A stretch of DNA of 64,000 bases from Isurus oxyrinchus (taxonomy: Eukaryota), in assembly GCA_026770705.1 (NCBI GenBank), contig JANJGN010000038.1:5518001-5582000 (forward strand), given 5' to 3'. The notes under the pieces are model-generated. The model saw only the letters and a list, made by a program, of their open reading frames with translations, was not told the DNA's origin and did no database searches. Both the position numbers and the translations under genes were made by a program. Positions 40,251 through 52,976 of this stretch are shown here, one piece after another (positions within the stretch are counted from its first letter, which is position 1; each line of letters starts with the position of its first letter).

Positions 40251-40333
40251 CCCCCCCCCCACCCCCCTCCAACCTCCCCCACTCCCCCCACCCCCCCCCA
40301 CACCCCACCCCACCCCCCCCACCCCCCACCACC
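40251..40333 (-). repeat. Poly-C/CCCCA low-complexity tract (G-rich on the minus strand)
   Basis: More than ten runs of at least three C. Confidence 0.9.
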
Positions 40334-40614
40334 TTCCATGTTTTTTTCCCAAAGGGACTCCAGATAAAGAGCAAGGTGGTTAACTTTGAATCTCCCTCTA
40401 AACATTCTCAGTGTGCAGTCATTTTTATTAAACGGCCACGAGAATCATCAACCTGCGCAGAGTCAGTAAAGCCAGACGGCATCAACCGAGGCACAGGCAA
40501 AGACACAGACAGTCCAATTAACTGTATAAAATTCTCTGAACGATCTTCTGTGGACATCTCCCACAGCTGAGAAACACAGAACGCAGGCTGGCGGAAACAC
40601 AAGAAGAACAACAA

Positions 40615-41385
40615 CAAAGAACAAAGAAAAGTACAGCACAGGAACAGGCCCTTCAGCCCTCCAAGCCTGTGCTGATCATATTGCCTGTCAACTAAAACAT
40701 TTTGTACTTCCGGGGTCCGTATCCCTCTCTTCCCATCCTATTCATGTATTTGTCAAGCTGCCTCTTAAACATCACTATCGTACCTGCTTCCACCACCTCC
40801 TCTGGCAGCGAATTCCAGACACTCACTACACTCTGCATAAAAATCTTGCCCCGCACATCTCTGTAATTTTCTCCTCTCACCTTAAATCTATGTCCCCTAG
40901 TAACTGAATCTCCCACCCCGGGAAAAAGATTCTGACTATCTACTCTGTCCATGCCACTCATAATTTAGTAAATTTCTATCAAGTCGCCCCTCAATCTCAA
41001 TCCCTCCAGTCAGAACAATCAGAGTTTCTCCAACCTCTCCTCATACCTAATAACCTCCAGATCAGGCAGCATCCTGGTAAACCTCCTCTGCACCCTCTCC
41101 AATGCCTCCATATCCTTCCGGTAATGTGGGGACCAGAATTGCAAGCAATATTCCAAGTGTAGGCTAACCAAGGTTCTATACAGCTGCAGCATGATTTCCC
41201 AGCTTTTATACTCAATACCCCTGCCAATGAAGGCAAGCTTGCCATATGCCTTCCTGACTACCTTATCCACCTGCGTTGCCACGTTCAGTGACCTGTGGAC
41301 CTGTATACCCAGATCCCTCTGCCTGTCGATGCACTTAAGGGTTCTGCCATTTACTGTATAATTCCTGCCTGTATTAGACCTTACA
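40615..41385 (-). mobile_element. Relatively young, 5'-truncated CR1 LINE
   Basis: Minus ORFs VDKVVRKAYGKLAFIGRGIEYKS...LEYCLQFWSPHYRKD...VQRRFTRMLP and TRGHRFKVRG; (TTCTTTG)n tail at about 40615. Confidence 0.95.
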
Positions 41386-41389
41386 AACT

Positions 41390-43530
41390 AAACACCCGCC
41401 TGACATAGTCATGCTCAATGTTAATACCTTCCCACCAATATCCCCACGCCTGATTGACCCACCAGTGATGGCGGGATATTAGTCGGGAAGGAGTGCCCCT
41501 GGGGGTCCTCAATATTGACTCCAGGAGTCATGAATACTCCTGGCATCAGAACAGGCAACAGTGGAAAATCTCCTTTCTAATTCGAATTATTTCCCTACCT
41601 CAACTAATGAATCAGCGCGTCTCCATGTTGAACACAATTCTGGTGAAACCCTGAGAGCAGAAAAGGAAATGGAACTTCAATGCACATCAGCAAGAATGGC
41701 TCGATACCAATACTGACTGAGCTGGCTGAGTCACGAAGGACATATCTACCAGACCGTGCCCCTGGAAGGTGTTGAGAGAACACAAGGAGAAAACTTACTT
41801 GAGACGGCGCTCATTACTCTACCTGGCACAGATAGATCTCTCCACATCAGTATTGATGAGAGTGTCCACCACACTTTCCTTTTGGATACAAAGACCCATC
41901 TTCAGACTGAGAGCACCACCCGTGATGTTGTGTGGCATAATCATCGTGCTAAATGCGATAGATTTGGAGAATATTTGGCAATTAAAACCGTGCGTCAGTG
42001 AGGCCATTAGCTTGAGCAACATTCTCATCCCCCCACAATATGCACGTCATGGGATGTATAACCCTCACTCTACCATTAGGATGAAGCCAGGGGATCAACG
42101 GTTGTTCAGTGATGAATTTAGAGCAGTAGATCAGATGCAGCAACAAGAAGATCTAAAAATGGGGCGTCAGCCTGATCAAGCTGTAACATGGTGAAAAATT
42201 GCTGAGCAAACCCAATGCGGCCCATTGACCCTCAATCATTGTACTCTCAGCCAGCAGCAACCTGATGGAAGGTGTCATTGACGGAGCAATCAAACAGCAG
42301 CTCATCAGCAACAAGCTGCTCAACAATGCTCAGTTTAGGCTTCACAAGGGCCTTTCAGTTCCCGACTACATCACGTTGTTGATCTGAACAAAGACAAACA
42401 GCTGAATCCTAATATGAGAGTGAATGCCCTTCACATCAAGGTAGCAGTTGACAGATTGTGGCACCAAGGATCATTAGCAACATTGAAGTCAATGAGAATC
42501 GTGGGGCGGGGGGTGGCGGGGCGGGGGGGCGGGGGGGACTCATTGGAGTCATACCTAGCACAAATGAAAATGATTGCCTTTGCTGGAGGCCAAAAACTCC
42601 ACACCAGAGCATCGCTCTCGGAGTTCCTCAGGAAAGTGTCCTAGGCCCAGCCATCTTCAGTTGCTTCATCAATGACTTTATTTCCATAATCATGTCAGAA
42701 GTAGCGATGTTCATGAATGTTGGCACAACTTTAGCACCTTTCTGGATTCCTCAGATACTGAAGCAGTTCATGCCTCCATGCAGAAAAAAAAAACATTTGG
42801 ACAATATTAAACCTTTGGCTGATGAGTGGAAAGTGACATAACGTGTTACAAGTGCCAGGCAGTGACCATCTCCATCAAGAGAGAATCTAACCATCTCCGG
42901 TTGTTATTCATTAACATTAGCATCGCGGAATCCAACACCAGCAACACTGTGGGGGCCACAGCAGTAAATTAAGTTAACTGAACCAGCAACATATATGAAG
43001 CATCTAGAAAAGGTCAGAGGCAGCAGGTTGTATGGCGAGTGACGCACCTCATGACTCCCCAGAATCTGTTCACAATGTCCATGCAAACTTTAGGAATGTG
43101 ATTGAATATCTCAGCTTGCCTGGATCAGGGCAGTTCCAACAACACACTTCCAGAGCAGGCCCGACGAACCACATGGTCTTCTCCTAGTACTATTTGTTAT
43201 ATTCGGAAGAAGGAAGACACCATCTAGGAAAAATCATCGCGCCTGATGGCAATCCAATCCGCTATTTATAAATCCATTCCCTCCAGCACCACTGCACAAA
43301 TACAGCTGTGTGCACCATCTACGAAATGCACTGTGGCAACTAGCCAACTGCCCTATGAAAGCGCCATGCAAGCCCTTGACTGTTAGCACCTAGAGGAACA
43401 AGTGTAACAGACCCATGGAAAGACCTATAAGTTCACCTCAAGGCCAAATACCACATTGGCTTGGAAATATATCGTTATTTCTTCACTGTCGCCGGGTCAA
43501 AACCCTGAAACCCCCTATCTAACAGCAATG
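41390..43530 (+). mobile_element. Old HER1-like LINE, heavily decayed
   Basis: GVPQESVLGPAIFSCFIND; collinear similarity with 4750-5950. Confidence 0.8.
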
Positions 43531-43734
43531 AATCATAGGGTCATAGAAATCCACAATACGGAAGAGGGACATTCATCCCAGTGAACAAGCAGTAATCAGC
43601 CTTGTCCAACTTTCCAGCTCTTGGTCTGTAACTTTTTAGGTTGTTTCTCTTCCAGTCTCTCCGATCCTTTCACATCATGAGTTTTAGATTCCCATCATCC
43701 TTTGGGTGAAAACATTTGCCGTGACCTACTTACT

Positions 43735-45480
43735 CTAGAATGAAGGGGTCGACAGTACTTTAGCCAGATTTGCTGATGATACTAAGCTGGAAAGCGAAAC
43801 AGGTTCTGAGGAGGACACTAAGAGGCCACAATGACATATTGGTAAGCTAAGTGATTGCGCTGAAATTTGGCACATGGAATATAAGGTTGGAAAAATATGA
43901 GGTTGCCTAATTTTGCAGGGTAAGTCGAAAGGCAACATGTTATTGAAATTGAGAGACGGCTGCAGAATTCCTCGGTGCAGAGAGATCTGCGTGTGTTTGT
44001 ACACAGATCACACAAAGCATGCGGGCACAGCAAAGAGTTAGGAGGCAAAGAGAATAATCCCTTTTCTGCAGCATTGTGTTACCTCAGTTTCCTTTGTTCA
44101 AAAGTAAACAAACCTAACCTATCCTCCCAAATAGCAAACCCAAATAGTAAATCTCCGTTGTAACGTGTCTAGCCCAATCAAATCTTTCTGATAGTTCCTG
44201 GCCCAGGGCTGCACCAAACACTCTAACTCGGGGCTAACTAGTGTTTTACACAGTTCCAGCAGGACGTCTCAACTCGTATTTTCTATGCCTCGGAGAATAA
44301 AGGCAAGAAACCCGTCTGTTTCTTGATCACCTTATCTACCTGTCCAGTCACCTTTATGAATCTCTGCATTCGAAAGTCCCACTTTACTTCAAGTCCCACT
44401 TTACTTCTCAGTGTCGTATTATTCGTGAATCAATGGAATTCACTACCTCAGAATGCGCTGGATGCCGGGGTGCTGAATAAAGATAAGGATGAGAAAGACA
44501 GATTTTTAATTAGTAATGGATTGAAAGGTTTTGGGGAGAGGATGGGAAATTGGAGTTGAGGCCGAAATGAGATCAGTCATGATCGTAATGAATAGCGGGG
44601 CAGGCTCGAGGGGAGGAATTGCCAAGTCCTGCTCCTGGTTCTTATGTTTTATTTACTGTTTATTACTTTATCTTGTTAGCTTTCCTTAAATGCACTACCT
44701 CGCAATCATCTTTATGCCATTCTTATGTCTATCTGACTGGTCGATTTCCTGCAGTGTACAGCTTTCTGCTTCATTCTTAATCACACAGCCAATTTGTGTA
44801 TCATCTAAAGCCTTCTTAATCATGCTCTTTTCAGTCATGTGCGAGTAATTGATACATGCAAGAAAAGGCAAGTGTCCTATTACTAAGGCCTGGGGGATAC
44901 CACTCCCATTTACAGAAACACCCCGTGTCATTTACCGTTTGCTTCCTGCCATTGAACCAATTTTGGATTTACCTCTCCGCTTTGCCTTGGATCACATTGG
45001 CCTTTAATTTCGGAACCGCTCTGCCATGTAGAAACTGGTCATTTTAAAATCCACATAGACTACATCGAATGCATTGTATCCATCGGCACTCCTTATTATC
45101 CTTTCAAAACATTTAACCATAATAGTCACACTCGCCCTTCCTTTAACAAATTCTTGCTGTCCAGCTTTGCTTAGTCAGTGTCATTCTAAATGTAGATGCA
45201 CCTTGTCTCTTAGAATGTTCTCTTTCCAATAGTATTCCCGGTTCCTACGGTTCCTAGATTATATTCACTGTTCTGTAATCACTCAGTATATACCTTTCTC
45301 CGTTTTGAACAATGCACAACGTTAGCTGTCCTCTCGCCCTGTCTCAGTGCCTGAAGTTGCAAAGGATTATAAAGTGATGGTGATTCCTATGCCGAGGATT
45401 CAATTCGGGCGGATCTTGGGATTTATGCAGTTTCAAAGGTATTAAACCGCTTGATACTTTCAAGAAGGTGGCAATTCGCC
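43735..45480. mobile_element. Nested CR1 fragments in both orientations
   Basis: Plus-strand FADDTKL at about 43770, plus-strand WNSLPQ at about 44435, and minus-strand GIPQALVIG...DDTQIG at 44695-44931. Confidence 0.75.
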
Positions 45481-46889
45481 ATTTCTCGAGGACAACTGGG
45501 AATGGGTAGAGATGTTTGACGTAACCACTATTCCAAATCAGTCGATAATTAATAAGTAAAACATTAGAGACTGTCTAATGTAATATAAACCATCCATGCC
45601 CATCCCTACATTACACTAGGCCCTTTCGCAGTTATTGCCGCCTGAGGCAGTGCTGGTTTAGTATGATTTAGGCAAACCAACTTACACTGTCACCTGGTGG
45701 CCAATCGTTGTCATTACTGCTATCGTGAAAATGTCGACGTTCGTAACTGTTGTTGATAGAAACGTATCAACAAACAAATTTGCGCTTACATTCTGCTGAA
45801 CACATTTTTAATGAAAGGGAATTAAATGCTGTGAAAATAACTGAAGAAGCAAATCCACCTTTGCAAACATTAGGAATAATGTGTTTTATATGCACACACT
45901 CACAGACACAAATAGACGCAGATACATATGTTGAGGCTCAGTCACACAACCAGTAACACGGAAAACGTGAATGTAAAGGTCCTCAGGAGAAACATTCTTT
46001 AACATTAAAACATGGTGTACAATAGACACAACAGAGATTTCCACTAATCTTTATAAACTGCAATGCACTCTGGCTCTCCTATCCTTCAGTCCCTCAATCC
46101 AGTTCAAATTTCCGAGATTGTCATAAGATTCGACCAGTACTTTCAACAAAACTGTGACATAACACCAGAGCAATAGGAAATTGTACACAGCTCCTGATCG
46201 CTGTGACCAAGACTAAACGTATTTTACAACAAACAAAAATCCATCTTCCCACCTCGTCAAATATATGTTCTTTAATTATTATGAGACATACTTCTCCCTT
46301 CATCCATCTGTCCATTTACCTATCACAGAAAAAGATGCTGTACCACAATAACTGACATTGGCAATAGATTAATATAAACAAAGTGTCCAGTGCTGTCATT
46401 ACAGAAAAAAGGCCTTATTTAACATAAACAGCGATAAGGACTCCTGCACTCTGTGCAGTTTAGTCCATGAATAACTATGGCAGACCCCGTCGAATATAAG
46501 CAGGGAGATGGCCTCATGCAATTTAAAGGTGGGCATAAAATAGTGCAGAAATAAAGGAGAAAGGGTCTAGTGTAATATAAATAAGGACATGGATGAGTAC
46601 AATATAACCAGACACATGCGTCAGTGCAGCAATAATTGAAAAAGGGCCTAGTGTAAAGGATGGATGCGCACAGAGTTTATTGCACTAATGTCCGTGACTG
46701 GACCCAGTAGAATATGGACGGAGACATGGTCAGGTTATGGCCTTGCAAACCCCTTCAGTAACTTGAACACTTCTTTTAAAACATCTCTTAACTCTCTCTG
46801 CTCTAGGATGCTATTTCTATCGTTTTTCCACATAACGGAAGCCCCTCACCCCATTCTGATAAATCCTTCGACAGCATCTTCAGAACCCG

Positions 46890-47160
46890 AGAGCTCTGCG
46901 ACATAGAAGACCAAGGACAGCAGGTGAATGGAAGCACCAACAACTGCTAGTGCCGCTCCAAGTCACACACAATATTCTGATTTGGAAATATAGATTTTTT
47001 TCCTTCGTTGTTATTGAGTCAAAACCCCAGAGCTCCCTTCCCACCAAAACTGTTTTTGGATTTGAAACACACACAAGGCGGCTCACCAACACATTCTCCA
47101 GGGCAATTAGGTATGGCTAGTAAATGTCGGCCTTGACAGAAATGTCAAAATCTGAGAACG
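46890..47160 (+). mobile_element. HER1/HE1 3' tail fragment
   Basis: GAAGACCAAGGACAGCAG...TTGGAAATATA...AGGGCAATTAGGTATGG. Confidence 0.75.
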
Positions 47161-47564
47161 AAGTAGAACTAGCAATAACTGAGTGAAGGTCTGCTGTGAT
47201 ATAAACATAGACATGCTATGGAGCAGTAATAATTGAGGCAATGTATGTATGTTTCCATGGAAGCAATCGCGCTAGCACTGCCACATGGTGGCGAAAGATT
47301 GCCATTGCTGTTACTGTAAAATGCCTTCATCAGTTATTGTCACTTATATTAACGCACCAAAAACAAGATACAATGATATACAAGATCATTACATTCTACA
47401 GGGGGTGGCAAAGGATAACAATGCAAAGGATTCCATCTGAGTGAAGCTTTGTTGCACAAAGAAACATTAGCAAAAGGACAAAGTGGTTCAAATCCTGTTA
47501 ATTTATATTAATGTACATTTATTGGCGTTAATTGAAGGGAGGACTTTTGATCAGGGAACATTTA

Positions 47565-47705
47565 TGTGTGTGTGTGTGTGTGTACATCTGTGTGTGTGCG
47601 TGTGTGTGTGAGTGTGTATGTGCGCGTGTGTGTGTACGTCTGTGTTTGTCTGCCTGTATCTCTGTTTGTCTGCTTGTTTACTTATGTGCCTGTGCGTGTT
47701 TGTCT
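47565..47705. repeat. (TG)n microsatellite
   Basis: Direct reading. Confidence 0.95.
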
Positions 47706-48109
47706 AAACACATCATTCCTAATGTTTCTATGCGAATTCTGCAAAGGTAAATGATTATGTTTTCCAGTTATGTTTCTATATTTTATTCCCTTTGATTAAA
47801 AATATAATTTTAGGTCCTGTAATATCCTTAATGTGCATTGATTATCCATTTATTTTGTTCTCATATTTAGATCGCATTGTCCCACCGATCTGTTATCAAG
47901 GCAATGTCTGTCCTCAGAAATCATTTGTGAAAAGTGATTATATCGGAGCATGCATAACGTGTATGAACACATTGTTCTTTGTGACAGATTGTTAGTTGAT
48001 CAAAAGCACATCTCACGGGACCTTGTATTGATTTCTGCATGTTGCAGTAAAAGTGAGAATCTCACTATCCGTGACCTGAGATTAATAAAACATTTCCTTC
48101 AGTCAGAAA

Positions 48110-48720
48110 GAAATCGAATTATATCCAACAACCATTTGCAACTATATAGCCCCTTTAATATCGTAAATCGCTGCACGTTGATTCACCAGACCACTAACAG
48201 GCCAAGTCTGACACCGAGTCACGTAAGGAGACACAAGGGCGGATGACCATACATTAGGTCAACGACGTAACTTTTAGTGAGGATAGTAAAGGAGGAGAGA
48301 GGGAGAAGGGGTTTATGAGTGAATTCCATGGCTTAGGGCCAAGGCAGTTGGCAACAAGTGATAAAATTCACGGATACAAAAGATGTGAGAATTCGAGGAG
48401 GGAAGGGGGAGGATTGTGAGGCTGAAGGAGCTGATAGGGATGGGAGTGGTGGTGGTAAGGTCGGGGGAGAGGTGGTGGAGGCCATGGAGGGAGTTTAACA
48501 ATTGTGATAATTTTATTACTGATGCATTCCTTAACAGAGAGCCGCTGTGAATCAGGGAGAATAAGGTTGATGGGCCAACTGGACATGTCTGCCTTAAGAT
48601 ATGGGCAAGAGCATTTAGCTTGAGCTCCTATTTATGGAAGGTAGACTCTGGGGGGATGGTCAGGAAACCATTGGAATATTCAGGTCTAGAAGTGACAAAG
48701 AGTTCGATGGGAGTTTTAAT
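48110..48720 (-). mobile_element. Old L2-like LINE 3' fragment
   Basis: Starts with TTGCAACTATATAGCCCCTTTAA (reverse of an L2/SINE-type 3' end), followed by a purine-rich body. Confidence 0.5.
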
Positions 48721-48739
48721 CCACTGCCTATGTCATGTA

Positions 48740-49300
48740 GACCCAGAAACAGGGAATAATTAATTGGGTTTCTGCTCCTATGTCTGTCGATGTCATATAG
48801 GACCAGTAACAAATAATCATTCCTAGGGTTTGTGCTCGCATGACTGCCTGTATCAAATAGGCCCAGCATCTGGAGATAATGCCCAGGGCTTGTGATTCAA
48901 TGTGTGTCTGTGTGACTTGGGACCAGCACCTGGGAATCATTAATATGACGTGTGATTCAAGGGCACTTCGTATCAGATAATCCCTGCACCTATTAGCAAT
49001 TCCCAGGTTTTGAACAACTAAACGGTCATACATCAGCAAATCCAGGTTCTGGGGACAATTCCCAGCGTTTATCTTCTCTGGTGAGTCTGCTGGGCCCAGG
49101 TGCTTGATACTAGCCCCAGGATCTATGCTCCCTGATGCTTCTAACATCCCCCAGTATCTAGGAATCACATTCAGGATTTGTGCTCCCTGGAGCGTCAGAT
49201 GGTTTCTGTCACAATTGCCTCATGATCTGAGAATCTTTCCCAGGATTCATACCCCGGTACTTCAGAGAGGATACAGGTTCTGGGAAGCAATCTCAAGGTA
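48740..49300. repeat. Degenerate tandem repeat, unit about 60 bp
   Basis: CCAGCA.CTGGGA..AATTCCCAGG.TTTGTG motif recurs at about 48743, 48803, 48863, 48923, 48983 and 49042. Confidence 0.65.
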
Positions 49301-50619
49301 TGAATTCATTCGAAATGAACGTCCATATACCCAATGGAGATGAACCTGGACTGTTTGGAAACATTGTTGCTGGGCAGATCTGTGTATAAATAGGTTCCTT
49401 TGCTAACAGCTGGGTTCTTGTTGCCTTGCTCTATTTGATCTGTGAGCAGGAAACTGATTGTTGAAGTTTCTGCACAGCAGCCACAGATGTTTCCTGTAAA
49501 TTGAAATGTGAATATTCTCTCCTCCCTGATGGTGGAATGCTGGACTCCTGTCACTGCCTGTTGGGCAGAGATATGGGATGAACGTGTTGTTCAACAAACT
49601 GGGAATAAATTTAGCAGCAAATGAATCGTTAGGCAATCTTAATCTAAATTGCATTTCTTATGAGATGATATTAAGGAAACTGTGTTTTGTGTATGGCAGG
49701 TGCAGAACAGACTAAATGCGGCAACAACAGTACAATGAATTCGGGATTTTAATTAATTAAGGCCAATTTGATTCTGATAATTGCGAAGTTCTTTCACAAT
49801 CCTGTAACATGGAATGCCAGCTGAGCTGGTATCACACAGATATAAATAACACATTAACTACTCTGATACTAAAGTTTGATTCATTTAACAATTTTGTAAT
49901 TTACCCAATGGTCTGCAGACGGTGGAGTCACAATCCCAATCTGGAGACTGGGAACTCATATTATTCACTGAACTGTTAGTACAATTGTAATGGCAGGCTT
50001 TATATTTTCATATATAACCCGTTGGCACATTTGGTCTTGGCACCTGAAAAGCTGAGCACAACTGGCTTGATATCACCATAAATTCAATGATTTCTCATCC
50101 TTGGTGCAAATTAACAACATCAAAAAAAAAAAATCAAACTCGTGATGCCCCAAATCTCTGAATATAATTTATGGTTTAGTGGGGTCACCCAGATCGATAT
50201 TGTTTTATCTGCATTGCTAAATATTTCCCAATGGTTTGTGGGATAAATCTGTCACATCAATTAGAAAGATAGACATGGTGATTTAATTCTTAACTAAACA
50301 GGGTTCAGCTGCACTGTGCAGCATCATCACACACACATTCCTCGGTGCAAATCTCAACTTCTCCCATTTAGAATCATTCACTGTGAAATGAAAGAACAAT
50401 ATTCACACTGGTGACCAGAAATCCAGTGGAAAATTGATTCACGGAGGATTGTTTTAAAGTGAAGCTTCACATTTCACGATGGATTATATCTGAAATTAAG
50501 TGACATTATTCCGAAACTGTCGATGTCTTGGGACAAATATAATAGCTTTCTCTGAACAAATATCAGTAACATTTGTATCTTTTATCACACTGATAGGGGA
50601 ACATGGAAATAAAGAAGAC

Positions 50620-50990
50620 ATACATTTAACCAGTGCATTTCACAACCACAGGATACCTTAAAGCGCTTTATAGGCAATGAAGATTTGTTTGTTTATTTAT
50701 AAACCTATAATCACCATTGTATTGCAAGGAAAGACAACCGTGAATTTACGTATAGGAGGATCCAACAAACTGCGCTGTGATAAATCACTAGATAAGCTGA
50801 TTTTGGGATGTTGGCTGAACGAGAAATATTGGCCCCAGGGGATCTCTCCCTTCATCTTTGGAATAATTCCATGGGTGTGTTTAGGTCCTTCTGAGAGCAA
50901 TTGGACACTGAGCACATGTGAGGTGTTTATTGGGAATGTAAAGATTCGCACTGATTCAATTTAAACCTGCTTTGGAGAGAGAGTATCACA
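50620..50990 (-). mobile_element. DeuSINE (SacSINE1-like) fragment
   Basis: TACATTTAACCAGTGCATTTCACAACCACAGGATACCTTAAAGCGCTTTA is the reverse of the tail seen at about 36840-36885; a similar copy lies at about 61940-62270. Confidence 0.55.
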
Positions 50991-51186
50991 TCCCAAAGGA
51001 TAAATAGACAATCAAAAAGATACGTTTGTGGAACACGGAATATTAATGGTTAATAATTGTTTATACAGCTGGACTCAGACAGGAAAAAGGAGGAGGAGCC
51101 AGGCTGTTAACTGGGGGAGGAGAGTGACTCCCATTCTCCAGCTTTGTCTCTCTCTCTCTCTCTCTCTCTTATTTGACTCTAGCCGG

Positions 51187-51194
51187 TATAAATA
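51187..51194 (+). promoter_or_regulatory. TATA box of the IgH V promoter
   Basis: TATAAATA about 100 bp upstream of the leader ATG. No ATGCAAAT octamer lies nearby, consistent with shark IgH promoters. Confidence 0.75.
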
Positions 51195-51284
51195 GCGGGA
51201 CGGTTCAGCTCCTGGTTCACAATCCGCAGGTGTCGCTGCGACGGAGAGTCACGCTCCCAAGTCAGTTATACCCAGAGACTGAGG

Positions 51285-51330
51285 ATGGGATTTGCGCTGT
51301 GCCTTTGCTTCTTCTTGGCTTACTTCACCT
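51285..51330 (+). CDS. IGHV: IgH V leader exon
   Basis: ATG...MGFALCLCFFLAYFT plus 1 nt, donor GTGAGT at 51331; 46-nt phase-1 leader typical of Ig V genes. Confidence 0.93.
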
Positions 51331-51455
51331 GTGAGTATTCCTGACTGTATAAGTGATACAATAAAGTCTGCTTCTTGTCTGATATCGTGTTGCTATTTAA
51401 GTTCAATGATTTGATTGTTTTCTAATGTAATTACATTTTTTCCATTCGCTAACAG

Positions 51456-51757
51456 ATGTCCAATCCGCCATCGTGCTGACCCAGCCGGCCTCAGAGACCG
51501 CTAAGCCCGGACAATCTCGCAAACTGTCCTGTTCAGTGAGCGGTTTCAGTCTGGACAGCTACTATGTGCACTGGGTTAAACAAGTTCCTGGGACAGGGCT
51601 GGAGTGGCTCCTTGCTTTCCACAAACCCTCGTCAACCACGTATTACGCACCTGGAGTTGAAGGTCGAATCATCCCATCAAGAACTTCGTCCACAACTTAC
51701 ATTGAGATCAAAAATCTGAGACCCGAAGACACCGCGAGGTATTACTGTGCAAGAGAC
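51456..51757 (+). CDS. IGHV: Germline immunoglobulin heavy-chain V segment (IgW-like sequence)
   Basis: Acceptor CTAACAG. Translation (Y)VQS-AIVLTQPASETAKPGQSRKLSCSVSGFSLDSYYVHWVKQVPGTGLEWLLAFHKPSSTTYYAPGVEGRIIPSRTSSTTYIEIKNLRPEDTARYYCARD keeps the canonical Cys, Trp, GLEW and YYC with no stops. Confidence 0.97.
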
Positions 51758-51796
51758 CACAGTGACCTGAACAAGCCCAGAACTCGTACATAAACC
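51758..51796 (+). other. V 3' recombination signal (23-RSS)
   Basis: CACAGTG, 23-nt spacer, ACATAAACC. Confidence 0.96.
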
Positions 51797-52150
51797 GCAG
51801 AAGAATAATTACAGTGAATCATAGGTCAGTATTAGCTCAAAATAGGTTAAGAGATGTGTTTGAACCTCGATTGAAAAGTTACATTTTCCAAAGCAATAAA
51901 GTGACGAAGAATAAAAACAAAATGTTGATTAACTCCGTATATTAAAGAGCATAGTTACCGCTTAGAATATGCACAACTGATGACTAGGCGCCAAATCGAA
52001 ATATTGACAAATTATTGCGTGAATGGAGATAATTTTAGCCCAAGGTTCTGCTCCTGATTAAAACTCTTGAATGAATTGTAATCAAAATCTGCAAATCTTC
52101 TGCTGACTGAAGGGTTTTATTTCTTATAGCAACAATCAGTGAGTGAGAGC

Positions 52151-52230
52151 AGTATCTGTGCTGGCTCGTGTCACTGTGATACTACAGTGGGTCACGGTGT
52201 TGTGTATAGTGAACTCCTCATACAAATAGC
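52151..52230 (+). other. IGHD: IgH D1 segment (52179-52192, ATACTACAGTGGGT) with 12-RSS and 22-RSS
   Basis: AGTATCTGT-12-CACTGTG, D, CACGGTG-22-ACAAATAGC; open in all three frames. Confidence 0.92.
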
Positions 52231-52545
52231 CCACAGAGGGACTTTGATCAAATCTGCGATCAATATCACAGCAGGAAAGTCAAAGAAAATAAAATGACCA
52301 ACAATAAGTGTTTTAAGGAACACAGATTTACGAAAAAATGTATAAAAGTCTCTGAATTTACTAATTTTGATTGTCTTGCTAAATAGGGGCACAGTTGTTA
52401 AAGGCGTATTTCGATCCGTTTTGTAAACATAATGAAGAGTTCTAACTGAAATATCACAGTGATGTATTCCTCGAGTATTCAGTATCAGGTTTCTCAGACC
52501 GCTGTGGATTTGAATCTCTGTATTTCACATTAAACAGTCCGCCAC

Positions 52546-52612
52546 AGTTTCTGACATGGTGCGTCTCACAGTGATACAGGATGGCACAGCCGTTACGGTT
52601 AATGCAAAAACC
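52546..52612 (+). other. IGHD: IgH D2 segment (52574-52584, ATACAGGATGG) with 12-RSS on both sides
   Basis: AGTTTCTGA-12-CACAGTG, D, CACAGCC-12-GCAAAAACC. Confidence 0.9.
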
Positions 52613-52937
52613 TCATCGGGGCTAATTGATTGCATTTCGGTCGATGCATTTTTTCTTACAATACAACTATATTAAACAAAGCCCTATCTGTGCCTGGAGC
52701 TCCCCAACTGACAGGTTTCAAGAGGTGCTAACGTGTTAATTATTAAATCAGTGGTTGCTGATTTCAATGCACGATCATCAGATACTCTGTGAAATACAAA
52801 TAAAACAGTATAATTTATAAAGTTTTAAAAATATTTCGCAATTTTACATTTTTGATAAAGTCGATCATGTTTTTACTTTGCCTCTCAGTTCGTAACATTT
52901 AAATTAATATTGAATTTCTCCCCTTGTGTGCAGAACT

Positions 52938-52976
52938 GGTTATTGTGTGACCCAGATCAGCGAATGTAACACAGTG
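52938..52976 (-). other. J 5' recombination signal (23-RSS)
   Basis: GGTTATTGT, 23-nt spacer, CACAGTG immediately before J. Confidence 0.92.

Noticed and set aside
50104-50353. Two GTGCAAAT near-octamers upstream of V
   Set aside because: Imperfect, and 0.8-1.1 kb from the TATA box, too far for a VH promoter octamer.
52455-52461. Extra CACAGTG between D1 and D2 suggesting a third D
   Set aside because: No nonamer at 12 or 23 nt on either side and no partner heptamer.
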